From contig OZ316894.1 in NCBI GenBank assembly GCA_973895155.1, positions 9,335,340-9,399,339 of the forward strand: a DNA stretch of 64,000 nucleotides, read 5' to 3'. The stretch comes from Marsupella aquatica (taxonomy: Eukaryota; Plantae; Marchantiophyta). The notes beneath the pieces are model-generated. The model did not search any database and had not been told where the DNA came from. It was given only the letters and a program-made list of their open reading frames with translations. Position numbers and translations under genes: made by a program. Shown piece after piece: positions 21,671 to 34,954 of this stretch; positions within the stretch are counted from its first letter, which is position 1, and each line of letters starts with the position of its first letter.

Positions 21671-24600
21671 TGACACATGTAGGATGTCAGGGTCCAAACC
21701 CCTCATCTCTCTGACAAGTCCAAACCGGGCCTATAAAGGACACAAATGCAGTCCAAGATAGTAGAGCCATTCAGGCATGTTCCTGCCTCAAAGCACAAGA
21801 TGATTGGAGCATGTAATGGGGAGAGTGTAATGTGGAGAGTCCCTAAGGAAAAGTAATTTTGATTTGCGCACGTGGCAGAGGGACAAGAGGCAAAATGCAC
21901 TTCGCCAAGCCTGGGGTAAACTTTTTCCAGCCTGCCAACAATGCTCAATTTGCAGGTCTGCATTTCCTCTTGTGACCTATCTGGAAAAATAACAGTGAGA
22001 TAGCAAGAAAAACATGGATGCTCCTCCATCACTGCATAATCATGCTCTTATGCCACTGTTCGGATGTCTGCACCCAAGTTGTGGGCACAATCATCATGGT
22101 ATACAGATAAAAAAACCAGAAATCTGACCTTAGTGTTAGTGCCTACAGACTCTGAGTATTGCCATAAACGATCTGTGTGGGTACTGTTCAGCTTTTGCCG
22201 GCAACAGGGGGACGCTTGTAGGCAGGCTGGCAGGGGAAGAAGAGGAAAAATGATAATTGTTCAATTTTTGCAGGGCCAATAGACACCCGCGTGGCATAGG
22301 GTACTGGACAGTCAGAATGTGATAAATGACTTTCAAGGGACTAGTCTATCTCTATGCGAATACTTTCCCTATCTGGAAATCGGTCATTGCGAGTGACTTC
22401 TGTTCCGACTGACTTGTCTGTAGTGAGCTGTACAGCATGGCCCAGAGCTGCCCGAGTAGGTCCCACCGCCAACCGACCGTACATGTCTACGTTACCAAAC
22501 GGAGCCGAGCACAGCCCTGCCCGGCTGCCCGGCTGCCCGGCCCAACCTGCCTTCAGTGCGTTTCACGCTCTGACAATAACAAGGAATCGAGGGGCTCGAG
22601 GGGAACGAAGGGGGCCCCTGGAGGGAGGGGCATTGATTGGACAGGAGTCCGAGACGACGGTCCAAATGACTCTAAAATATTGGGGGGGTTTACAAGGGTA
22701 CGGCTGACGGTCAAAATCCACACGGGTTACAGAACAAAAGGTACCATTTTACAGGGGCACAGCTGACGGTCCAAATCTCTCGGCTAATCACGGTTACAAA
22801 CCTCGAAAGCGCAAAAGTACCCCAAATGGGCAAAGTGTAGTAGTAAAATATAATATTTGTCAATAATAATGATATTGTTGACAGAAATGAGATAACTAGG
22901 TCATGGGATGCTCTTTGGGAGTCTAAGAGTCCCTGGCAAGTGGATTTTCAGGTGGGATGCCCTTGGGGAGTCTAAGAGTCCCTGGCAAGTGAATTTTTAA
23001 GAGTTTGTGAGTTGAGGAGATAGTGGGTGCAGTGAAGATGCAACCTTAAGGCCCATCACATGATTATGAGAAATGTTCCCATCATCACACTGCCAGGGCA
23101 CCTTCATGCCAGACTGACATTTTTACACAGATCATGATAAAGAAAGAAGGAGATAGCGTATCAAGAGTTCATATGTTATTAGTTCATACCCACTCCCTAT
23201 TGCATGGGGTTATGATCTCACATATCTCCTAAAGTAAGCCTAGAATGGATCTACTACTAAAAGTAGGTGAACAAGGATAAGCAAGCATGGGTTATTCATA
23301 TTTCACTGAGATTGGTTAGTTTCTCAACTTACTCAAGCAACATTTGATCTTTACCCCATTTTGCTTTCCGTACTCGAATCACACCAACAACAAAAAAGGG
23401 TTGCATATTATAGTATGCAGATTACTAAAATTACATCCAAGAGTAGGTTGGTTGCTCCTTGCACATGCTGTAAGTTGCTTTTGTTGCTCGTTTTAAAACC
23501 ATATGTGATTTGTTGGAATCGCATGTACAGTTCATTTTAGTTTATTGGATGTTAGGCTGGATGCTCATCCTTAGTAACTGGTGAGCCCAGTTATATTATA
23601 TGATGTATATCGGCCTGCACAGTCTTTATGACACAGCCAATCCCCTTCTTATGGAAGATATTACATAATTATATAAGATATCTTTGCCCACGTTGTCTGA
23701 TTGCAAAGGAAAAGTTGTACGTAAAGCCCAAAACCAGGAGTCTTTCTGTCTTATCTCATTACTCTTGCTGTGTGTCACGACTCTCATTATTGTTCAGGGG
23801 CATCTGCGATACCAAATCTCCACACATTCTCCTGTAGACCTGCACAAACTTTCGATGTTGAGAGTGCGACACCTATCGTTGCATGGCTACTTCCAGGCTG
23901 CAAACCAGCTCACCCTTGTGCTGCCATGCAAGACAATCTGGGCTCACTGGTGGAAAGCACCTTAAAGGTCTCGTGTGCGCAGCTGTGGGTTTCTGTCGGC
24001 GTTCGCGTGGAGGTATGTTTACATTTTACATGTAGAATGGACAATACTCAGTAGGTGTGGTAGATTCGCTTTTGAACCCTGGACCAAGACCTTCAACGCG
24101 CGGCATCAGTCTAAGCTTGACAATCCTGCCAGTTGGACACTTTTAATGGATTTGGTTACTGAAAGTGTTATGTTCTTAGCATTTACTGATACCAGAATCA
24201 TTCAGGCAGATCCATGTCGGCCTGTATCTTGTTCCATTTTCCTCCATGTTACACAGCGACAGCCGGCATTTTACAATGTGTACAGGTCTCGTAGCAGAGT
24301 GTACAGATTGAGGGATCGAGAAAGAAGCTTTCCTATGCGTGACGTATCATATCCTCCATATCCGTTACATCACTGCTTAGCTGATCTTTGCTACCCATGT
24401 GATTTAAAAGTATGACTGAGATCTTGTCAATTTTAGTTGTCAGTGTATCCAAAAGTCGCAAATCGTCAAAAGAATGTATGGACATGGACTGGCAGTGCCA
24501 ACAGTGTCTCTACGGTTCAACTAGGACGAGTTTGGGCTCTAAACAGGACAGACCTACTGATGGCATCACTTCCTATCTCCGAGGTACGAACGGTCTAAGA

Positions 24601-25268
24601 ATTAAGGAAACTGGATAAAAATCAAACCTGAAGCAGAAACTGAGCACCTGTTGGAAAGTTTAGGGTTTGACTAAAAGTTCCCAGTTGAGCTTGAGGTAGT
24701 ATTGATCGATCTATCTGACGTAAACAACGAAAAGCATCGCCACCTATTTCGTCTTACAGAAATCTGATCAAAATAGTTGTGCTTGTAGTGAGCTAAGAAG
24801 ACCAAATGACGCAGCTCGCATGTGCTGTCTTATAGTTCTTCAGTTATACCCAATGACTAATAAGTCAATCTAGAGCCCTGTGAAAGAGAAAAGAGACGCA
24901 AAGCTTGTAGAAGATTCATTCTTTTTCAACCAAACGCTATGGAGAACCTCGAAGAATATGTAGAAGCAAGGAAATAATCCTCTCCATTCCCTTCAATCTG
25001 GATATTTGAAACAGTGAAGAGATCCAGTACTAGGTCCTGCAGTCTCTCCAAAACCGAAAAGCAAATCAAGGACTTGTACATCAGGTCCAAACAGAGTGGT
25101 TGACAAATTCAACAGGACTATTTGGCCAGTCATGGTTTCCAGTGTAGAAAGACTAATTGGCAATCGATGTTCTTTATAGTGCCAACAGAAATAGGCTTCT
25201 AATTCCACCTCCTAGCAGATCTTCAAAAGCCTGCCTTACATTCTTCTAACCCAGGCCACTACCCGTTT

Positions 25269-26557
25269 CTAGATGATTATAACTGGAAACTTATAACCTG
25301 TGCAGGTAGCTGCTATACGACGTACTGTGCTCCAGTTATGCACTGAGGCACGCCCTAAAATTTGTTTCCCTAATGAAATCCAAACACAAGCTAAAGCTCT
25401 AATTGTTTGCTTGTGTTCTACTGGATCCGTACAACAAGTGTCGACAGCTCCAAAACCCTATGCGACCATTCGTGTTAGAAGCAATGGCCCCTGCTGACAT
25501 CGCACAAAAGGACCTCTGATTCAGTGAACTTCGAGCGAAGATCCTGAATCATCCACAACAGAAGTCAGCTCAACAACTAGTAAATTGAGAAGAGAACTTG
25601 ACGAGCATGTGATGGTTATTATAGAAATTATCAGCCCCATGCGTGAAAAATTATCAGTCCCAAACGTTTGATACAATAGAAAGTTGTTTAAACTCACCAG
25701 TTGAGAATCTCAGTATTTGCAATTCTGAGAGAAACGCGTCTGTATTCGCACAGAACTAAAACTTTATGTGCCAGTTGGAAGTGTTTGGGAATCCATCACA
25801 TCTACATCCACAACGGTGCCCACGGCCAAGTTGAGACAGGTAAAGAAGAACATACAAACTAGGAAGTGAACACCTGTTGACAACGGCTTAGCCCAGAAGT
25901 CCAAAAGAATGGATCAATGAAAAACTTTGAGCATAAACATGATTTCTCTGGCCATGGACCTACACAGAAATTTAGCTGTAGAGACTCGAAACATATTATA
26001 GTGGTCAACCACAAGTCCACATATCCTCTGATAGAGACTGCTGACCAGATGGGGTGCACAAACAGTGTGGAGAAGCTTAATGTGATGCTCACTTGATAAA
26101 TTACGCAGAGAAATGCGAGCATCTTCACTTGCAATAGCTGATTTTTGCAACCAGTACTGTCCCTATTGTCAGAGCCAAGGAAGAAAATCCCAATGATCAG
26201 ATACAGGCAAAAGGTAGATCTCAAGCCGAGCACCATGTATCCACACAACCATTTTGTCGGGTAGAAAATGGCAAAGTCATTAAAAAGGACCTTGGAAAAT
26301 GTTACCTTCTTCATATCTACAGCAACTCCATAACCTGAACAATACATTTGCCCTACGAGACTTTGCATGTCAACTTCACCGCTCTCTGCAGCGTTCAAAG
26401 TGGCCTCAAACCAGCGTCTCTCGCAATCAGCGACTACATCTTTCAGAGGCAATCTTCGAGATGAATCTCCTAGTGACGACAACTGCGCTTCCTTTTTGCT
26501 CTCGGAGAACTCACCCGACGTCATTCTGTGGAAAGCAGCAGATTTCGTGACTGTCAT
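25269..26557 (-). CDS. Small Sel1-like repeat protein (conserved plant family)
   Basis: Exon 1 (26306-26557) RLPLKDVVADCERRWFEATLNAAESGEVDMQSLVGQMYCSGYGVAVDMKK; exon 2 (~26093-26162) GQYWLQKSA. Short putative exons ~25698-25724 and 25269-25297 are less certain. Confidence 0.75.
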
Positions 26558-27765
26558 CCAGTCAGCGTATGCAAAGTAACCAAATATTTCATTTCACTTT
26601 CTTTCCAGAGAATCCCAAATAATTACGTCATTCTCCAAATACTTTAGATCAGGACGTCACTAAAGCTGTGGATCAATCTGTCTCTTGCACGAGCTAGAAA
26701 GAAACTGACACGGATTACTGATATCGAGAAATCCTGACCAGCAAGTGGTACAAATGGGTTTGCAGAGAAAGGCAATTGTACCGTTGCTAGTCACATCAGT
26801 AAGATATCGTCAGCTTAACAATATGTGAACCGAAGGAAGTGGACATCCGACACCGCGCCCTGGATGTTGCTATAATTCAGCATTTAGGGTTGAAAAGCCA
26901 TTAAGTCATTCCTTCACTCAGTTGCCCAATTACCCTGATCAAGTGACTGAACGACAATCTGAGGAAGATGAACACGAACTCCAGCATAGCAGGCATCTTC
27001 GAAAATTTGAACCCTCGGAAGTGTGGGAAAGAAGTCTTCCAGAACTTAGACATTTTATTTAATTTCATTTTAGGGGAAACTTTGTGTAACTCATTTCACA
27101 TAAACAGTCTTCCGGGAGGTTCACGAATTCATGCCTGTGAAATTTTGTAGAATTTAAACGAAAAGCAATGGCAAAAGAATCCGTCAAGTCAAAACAACTC
27201 AATCCATCCATAAATCTAGAACCACAGAGCTGCTTTTCAGAATCTACAAACTCACCACTCGCCTCGTCGTCTCCCAGACTTTGAAGCAAAAGCGGGCCAG
27301 ACAGCAAAAACATCCATCAGCGGCCCAAAAAATTCAACGCAATTCACAGAGAGACCGAATGATGAAGGGCCTTCCCCTCGGTAATCTTTTTGAGTAGCGC
27401 TGGAGCTGCAATTGCAATGTTGCTCACCAAGACGTGAATGCATCATAGTGGAAAGCAGATTAGAGTACGCATCAAAACAACTGAACGGTTTCCACTCCAT
27501 CGCTCCTTCATTTTCGTTCCCGAGCTGCGGAAAGAATTTCAATCCTTCAAAGGAAAATCCTCGATCTCTTGTCAAGAATCACGAGTTCAAAACTACGGTT
27601 TTCATGAGAAAACGAATACCGTACTACTGAAGAAAGAAACTTCGTATCAGTTTACTGTACCAACTCAATTTTGTTCTTGCCGAGATTCGAGCACGGACCG
27701 ACTGACAGCACGAAAAGAACCGAAAAGAACTGAAACAGCCCGGGAAGTGGAAACCACGAAGTGAT

Positions 27766-27809
27766 GACGTGTCGGTCGTGGCGAGCACCGACATGCCGAC
27801 GTGTCGGTC
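27766..27809. promoter_or_regulatory. Composite ABRE + DRE/CRT cluster upstream of the Sel1-repeat gene
   Basis: GACGTGTCGGTC twice (ABRE ACGTGTC overlapping reverse ACCGAC), plus ACCGACAT and GCCGAC, all within 44 bp. Confidence 0.55.
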
Positions 27810-30074
27810 TTGCGGGTAACCAGTTGCTGGCTTTAAAAAAAGGTCCCTCTTAGTGAGGGTAGCCTTTTTGCCAATAGATTATTGGTTTAATTGATCACAC
27901 GAAGAATCATTGGTTGAGAGGAGTTTCAAGGGTGTGCTATTTCTAATTATAAACAAATATCATGCGTATTGCACGTGCTATCAGGTAATTTTTCCTTTCT
28001 TTGTATGCAATAGTTTATAGTTGTGTCCTCAACAATCTGTGACGCATTAACATGACGTACTTTCCCAATAAGTAAAATGATAGAGAAATGAGAAATCTAC
28101 AACGAATGTTGTGGTCTTTGAATTAAACAATGCATATGACACTGTCAAATAGCAAAAAGTGTCCAACAAGGAGACAAGAATTAGTAAAGGAGTACTTTCA
28201 GGCTTTTCGGTTTTCCTGAGATTTTCCCCTCTGTTTTCTGTCAATGCTTTTGTGATCGTGTCTCCCAGCTATGAGCCTTTTGTGTTTTGCCCGTGTAATA
28301 TATATAATTGGCATGTTTGCCACATTACAAAGGGCTAGGACATTCATTAGGGGCTATAGGTTTTAGTGACTCTAGATAAATTACTATTCATGACCCTCCT
28401 ATGGGGTTAACTCCAGCTTTACCAAGCTTTCCTGCTTGCTCTTTTTGTAGGGTTTTAGTTCTTTTTGCATTTGGTTATGACTCTTGACTATTTGGCTTGT
28501 TAAGGTTTTCCCATATCTTCTCCCCTTTTGGGGGATGGGACTGATGGGCTTATTTTCCACCCTGAAACTCCATTCAAGTTGCTATTAATAATCCATCTGG
28601 AGCTATACCAGACTTTTCAGTTTGGTGCTCAGTAGGGCTTGATTACTTTTGCCATTGTATGAGACTTGTGGTTCTTTGGATCTTTGGTCTTCCTAGGATT
28701 TCCCCTTGTTTCCCTCTCTTTATAGGGTTTCTTGCATTTGAGATCCTATGGCAGTTTCTGTTATTTGGCGATCTGAGATATACTTGATCGTACATGTGGG
28801 CTTCTCTTCTTTCCTAAAATCTTGATTGGCAAACTTTACAAAGAAGTAAAACAAACCTAGTAGGCTCCTGTTTCACCGATAGCTTAAATGAACCAAGTTA
28901 CAGGTATGCTTTTCACCCACCACTTGAGTGAGAACTAAGATGAACCACTATGCAGAATGATGGGCTTCTGCTTCACCACACAATATATATTATAATGTGT
29001 GATTGAAGTCTACCTTTCCTGATCTACTGGGCAGAGTGAAGCCATAGGTCATAATTTATCTGGTAGGTTCAATGATTTAAATATTTAGATATGATTGTGA
29101 ATAGAGAAGGGCATGGGTATTCTGGGTAAGGGAGCCCTTCCTATGCATACTCAACAATATCTGGGTAAGTTTACTTGCCTTGGAAAAGGTTGCACACTTG
29201 GCCCTGTTACCCTGGAGTCTTGTACTTTTGTACAGTTCCCAAAGGGAAGAAATGTTTTTCCATCAGAACAGGTTTTAAGGTTTTTTCCTTTTTGGCCAAG
29301 GTGAAGAAGAGCCAAGATCAGATGTGCTCAGAACATTCCTTATCCACCTGTCCTTCAATAGTTTTGAGCCTTAGATAACACTAGATTTAAGGGTAAGGGT
29401 AAGACTCTGGCTATAGGGATCACTGATGAGAAACTGGCTTGTCTAAAGAAGAAGAAAAAAAACTACACTGTTCACCATAATTAGTGTTATGCAAAAATTA
29501 ATGTTAGTATAAAATTAGGGCAATTTTGGTAGTGATTTGAGTCCAATTTAGTCTATTATTCAGAATGGCTCTTTTTCCACTTTTCTTTAAATTTATAGTA
29601 AAAAACTGGATGATATTAAAACCAAAATAACAGTAATTCAAGTGCATTTTTTAAAATAGTTACAATCTAATTACTATTAGTTCACACTATAGTGGCAAAT
29701 AGTGGGGTGAAAAATTGTCCAATTTTCGCCACTAAAAACAACGCTCTTACACACTTGTCCTGTACTCCATTCCACTTGGAGTACAGTACAGAACAGTGGT
29801 GTACAGGACTACAGGAGTTTTGATTTTTAAACTCGCCTGATGACGTTGCCTAGCATGAGCGCGAATAGTACTGTAGTCCATCCTCTGTTGCAGAAGCCAG
29901 AAGGTGACGAGGCGGAGAAGTTGGGCGATAATTAAATTATTCGTCGAAGGACAAGGAGGTTAGTTCACATGAGTGTCGATAAGTGTCAGATGCACAGATG
30001 CAGAAACAGAATCACGCACCCTGAATTGGGTCAGGCCGACATCATTCTCTGGGAATGCCTTCATGCGAGCAGCA

Positions 30075-31410
30075 GCGATCTGACCAACGGATTTCTTTTT
30101 TGTCCAAACTTTATTGCATGGGTGATCTCTATCGCTCCTATTTTTTACGATCATACTACGGGTGATCTCTATCGCTCCTAGTTTTTACTCTTTCGGTTTT
30201 TGTCCAAACTTTATTGCATGGGTGAGGATCTCTATCGCTCCTATTTTTTTACTCTTTCAGTACGTTTTTGGAGTTTGCATTTGCAATCTTTTTTTTTTTA
30301 CTTGTTTAGAGTCCTGTATGGTTTTGGAGTTTGCATTTTTTCCCGCGTTCTTTTTACTTGTTGGGAGTCCTGTGTTTGTCTATGCCCTAAACTATATATA
30401 GTCCGACAGGACAAAGATCCCAAAGGGGGAGATGCCAAAAGGGCCCAATAAAGGGAGGGAAGAGTAAATTGCATTTGCCCTCTTTTTCTTGACTTTTTTG
30501 AGTTCTGTGTTTGTCTAAACCCTAAACTATATATCCCAGTGTGTTTGTCTACACCCTAAACTATATATCACATTGCCATAGGACAAAGACCCCACACAGG
30601 GAGATGGCAAAAGGGCCCAATAAAGGGAGAGAAGAGGAAGGACAAAGACACCAATCCCAATGGCAAAAGGACCTACAAGGGAGTTAGTTACAATGGGCTA
30701 TGGTGCTGGTTTTCTCCAATGTGACAGTTTTTGCTTCATTTTAAATGTACCCACACTCCATTCTCCATGGATCGCACTCCATTCTCCATGGATCCACATT
30801 TCTTAGTTGCATTGGGATTGGTCTTGTCGAGACGCATCAAATCGGTATGAAACACAATACAAACGATTCTGTATCGACATACTTACGGTCACATTAGTTT
30901 GTGGCATTTTACTATTATTTTTTTGCAATTTTTAGCGTGATTTTTACGGTCATATCTCAGTCAATCCTTCATGCAATCCGGATTTCTCAAATGATTTGGA
31001 AAGCCCTTCTCCTGGCAAGTGAGATCGATCCAAAGTGCGGCCCAAACGGTCTCATGAGGCCTTGATTAGGTTTCACAGTTTCTTCAATTTTGGCAATAAT
31101 CTCTTTTGATCAATTTTGGGGGCATATATCAGTTAATCCTTTAAGGAATCCAATTTCTCAGGTGATTTGGAAATCTCTTTTCCTAGCAAGTCAAATCAAT
31201 CCCAAGATTGGCCCAAATGGTCACATATTGAGACCGTTAAGCCCTGATTAGGTTTCGTAGTTTTTCTTCAATTGGTGGAGTGTGCATCTCTTTTGATCAA
31301 CTTTGGGGGTCATATCCCAGTCACTCCTTCATGGAAGTCATTCTCAAGTGATTTGGCAAGCTCTTCTCTGAGAGTGTAAGATCAATTCCAAGTGTGGGTC
31401 CAATTGGTTC
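30075..31410. repeat. Internal tandem/dispersed repeats of a decayed TE
   Basis: GATCTCTATCGCTCCTA x3 (30120-30245); CCCTAAACTATATAT/GGACAAAGA duplication (30380-30650); ~180-bp unit with CATATCTCAGTCAATCCTT..GATTTGGAAA x3 (30945-31400). Confidence 0.7.
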
Positions 31411-33583
31411 AATATCAACATTGTTATGCTCCGATTACATTTTAGATTTCCTCATCAAGTTTTTGTAGCAATTTCCTTCAAGCTCACCTTGTTGGGCATA
31501 TGCACATTTTCACCCTCTCTAGCATCCTTTTCGAGGCAAACGGACCAAGCTTGGATTCTTTTTATTTGGTGCAATTTGGGAGGCAAAACCAAAGGTATAC
31601 AAGATGTTGTGAGAGATGTTATTGCCTAGGTTCTCTCTAGGTCTTTGGTACACGTGCGCCAAGAGATTGTTAGGATTTACTCTTAGGTCTAGAGTAATGA
31701 CTGTACCGTAGTTAAGGCTAACCTTAGTCGCAGACTTGGTTAGGTTAATCATGTTGTGCACACTCTATACCCAAGCGATGTTTGCTTGGAGAGTAGGAAC
31801 TTAGGCTCATTGTTACGGAGCCAATTGAGAGATAGGAAGAGCTTGCGCTGTGGATGCTTGGTATGGCCGGTAGGCTTAGAGTGCAGTAAAGCTTTTGTGT
31901 GTTCCCCTGGATGTAGCCTCATGTGGAGGTGAACCACGTATCTATCTGTGTGACTCTTGTACGTGCGTTGGATGGTTCATGGGCTTGTCATTACGATTGT
32001 CATCTATGTTCAACAGAGGTAGTGCTCAGGCTAGCTACCAAGTCCTCCACCACAACAATTTAGGGTTGATTTGACCATGGTCCGTGATAGTCGACATACT
32101 CTTGCGGATGTTGTGGTAGCAAACCCTTTGCCCCACGAACTCATTGAGATAGTGGCAACTCATAGATACAACAGTAGGGGAAGTGGAATCCAAAATAACC
32201 ATGACAAAGGAGGCAAAATGTGTTGACTTGCTCAAGCTTCATCTGAACCTTTCTCCCCCTTGATATTGAGATATGTGGGCATCTTCATCATCAGTTTCAC
32301 CGGCTTCTTGGACAAGCTGCTCATGATATTCACGGATGAATGGGTCTTTTTGGACCCCACTATCCATCTTGACCACACATGCCTTACATTGTGCCCAAGC
32401 TCAGCAAATTATTGTTGATTCCTCATAGTGGGTGCAATTGTGCCTTTGTAGACTCGGGTGTAGACGCTTGCCCCCTTACAGGACATTCCTGTCCCACTTG
32501 CTGATTTAGTTAGGACACTAGATGTGGACTATTAGCCCTTGCCACATTTTCCAATGTGGACACTAGTCTTTGAGTTTGCACTCATGTGTTAGGGTTAACT
32601 CTAGTCTTGGGTTAACTTCTAGTTGCTTAGGCTAAACCACCATTAGGGAGTTAATGGTGATTAGCCATGACTCTAGTATCTAGCATATAGTGGGGCTAGA
32701 GAGAGCTCCTCTTGGAGACTCATATATGCTCATTGTTGATTGACCTATATAGTTAGGTGCTAGGAGGAGAGCTTGTACAAAGAGGCTTTGTGTGGCCATG
32801 GTGTCCAAAGCTTAGTAAAGCTCTAGCATTCTGTGGACATAGGGTTGACAAAGGTGTACCACGTACATCTTGTGTTGGTGTGTGCATGTGCTTGTTGATT
32901 GTGCTCTTGGTTGTGTCATGTTAGTTTTCCCAACAATTGATATCAGATCAAAGCTTGGGTGGTGACAATTTGGAAAGAGAAATTTTAGCAATGCGGTGAC
33001 TAACGAGATTGAGTCTCCCAATGGTCTTGCTGAGTGTGTGGATGTACGAGGGGGCATGCTCAAGAGGACTAGTAGACGCTTATAAATTGAGAGGTATGTC
33101 AATTTCTTAATTAAACGGTTTTTGGTGGTTCTTGAATTGTTGTTTATTGGAGGCATTGAGTGGTACAATTGCAGTGGAGACCTATGAGCAACACTCAACT
33201 GTAGGCGGAAGAGAGTTTGTCAATTTGGTGGGCAAAATGCTGGAAACGAACAAGCGATGGCTTCAAACAGAGGGATTGTAGCTTGTTTGAATTGTGAAAG
33301 CTATGGAGTAAAGAAAGGGTAGCAACCCATTTTTCAAAATTCTGGTTGCTAGAAATGTTGAGGTGATTGGAAAGTTTATTTCAGTGGAAGGTTGAAGTGG
33401 TGTGGTCATTTTGAACCCAAGAGTGGGCCCAAGAGTAGCCGCAAACAAAGGAGTGTACGCGACGCAATTGAAGATATTAATTTGCTGCAGATAAGAGTGT
33501 GATGGTGATGACATTTTGATTTGGAAGGGTGCACAAACACATTTCTTAAATAGAAAGAACCAAAGGTGGGCCTCCCGCTGTTG

Positions 33584-34479
33584 CACTTCCTAAGTCCGAT
33601 GATGTTTCTTTGAAGTCCTTGAGCAAGAATGTGCCAAGAAAGTGGCCCTACAGCTAGTGTGTTTGATTTATTATGGGAGCAACTGGCCCCCAAAAGTGTT
33701 GGTTGCATGCCACCACCCCTATAATAGTCATAGCCGTTGGATTGGATAAGATCAAATGGCAAAAATTGTGGCAATATAGTGCAACTCTAGCCATTCGATC
33801 TCTGAATCAACAGCCATGGTAAGCAATGCCACCCCCATGCCCCTCCCTTGAGTGAATCTCAGTTGTTCGATTGGCTTGATTTCACTTCCTAAGTCCGATG
33901 ATGTTTCTTTGAAGTCCTTGAGCAAGAATGTGCCAAGAAAGTGGCCCTACAGCTAGTGTGTTTGATTTATTATGGGAGCAACTGGCCCCCAAAAGTGTTG
34001 GTTGCATGCCACCACCCCTATAATAGTCATAGCCGTTGGATTGGATAAGATCAAATGGCAAAAATTGTGGCAATATAGTGCAACTCTAGCCATTCGATCT
34101 CTGAATCAACAGCCATGGTAAGCAATGCCACCCCCATGCCCCTCCCTTGAGTGAATCTCAGTTGTTCGATTGGCTTGATTTCACTTCCTAAGTCCGATGA
34201 TGTTTCTTTGAAGTCCTTGAGCAAGAATGTGCCAAGAAAGTGGCCCTACAGCTAGTGTGTTTGATTTATTATGGGAGCAACTGGCCCCCAAAAGTGTTGG
34301 TTGCATGCCACCACCCCTATAATAGTCATAGCCGTTGGATTGGATAAGATCAAATGGCAAAAATTGTGGCAATATAGTGCAACTCTAGCCATTGGATCTC
34401 TGAATCAACAGCCATGGTAAGCAATGCCACCCCCATGCCCCTCCCTTGAGTGAATCTCAGTTGTTCGATTGGCTTGATT
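33584..34479. repeat. Near-perfect 299-bp tandem triplication within decayed TE-like sequence
   Basis: Units start at 33584, 33883 and 34182. Identical 63-aa translations in the ORF track. One substitution seen (CATTCGATC vs CATTGGATC). Confidence 0.95.
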
Positions 34480-34954
34480 GACATCAAGAAGGAGGCGCAT
34501 TTGGTCACCCATCCCTCCCACTTCCCCAACCCGCAACCCTCCTAAACTGTAAGATGTCAAGGATATGACGGTTTGTGCCTCCCACTTGAATCCTTTACAC
34601 ATCATGGGCTGGGTTGACTGGGCCCGTTATACATACCCACAATTCATTGAGGCCATCCAATCTTGCGCATCCAACGGTCACAATCAAACAAGCCCCTACA
34701 CTTGGTTTACACTCCCTTTACAATAATAGCTATTGATCCAAGAGATCCAACGGTCCAAATTTAATCATGGGAAACCGACCCTGTCACAGTGGAACAACCC
34801 CCTCTCAGTAATTTGCTGCAGGGTTCTTGAAAATCCAAGAGTGCTCTTTACGTGGCATTTCAACAATTTGAAGGGGCAAATAGTATCCACTTTGGCTCCC
34901 CGCGTAATTAGCTTCATGATGGTACTAGCAGCTTTCTAAACAGTCACGAAACTC

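Noticed and set aside
31630-33580. Possible MULE/FAR1-like transposase remnant on the minus strand
   Set aside because: Looks like decayed coding DNA, but I could not recover diagnostic motifs, so no family is assigned.
33882-34372. Identical 63-aa ORFs suggesting a small tandem gene family
   Set aside because: TTG-initiated by-products of the 299-bp DNA triplication.
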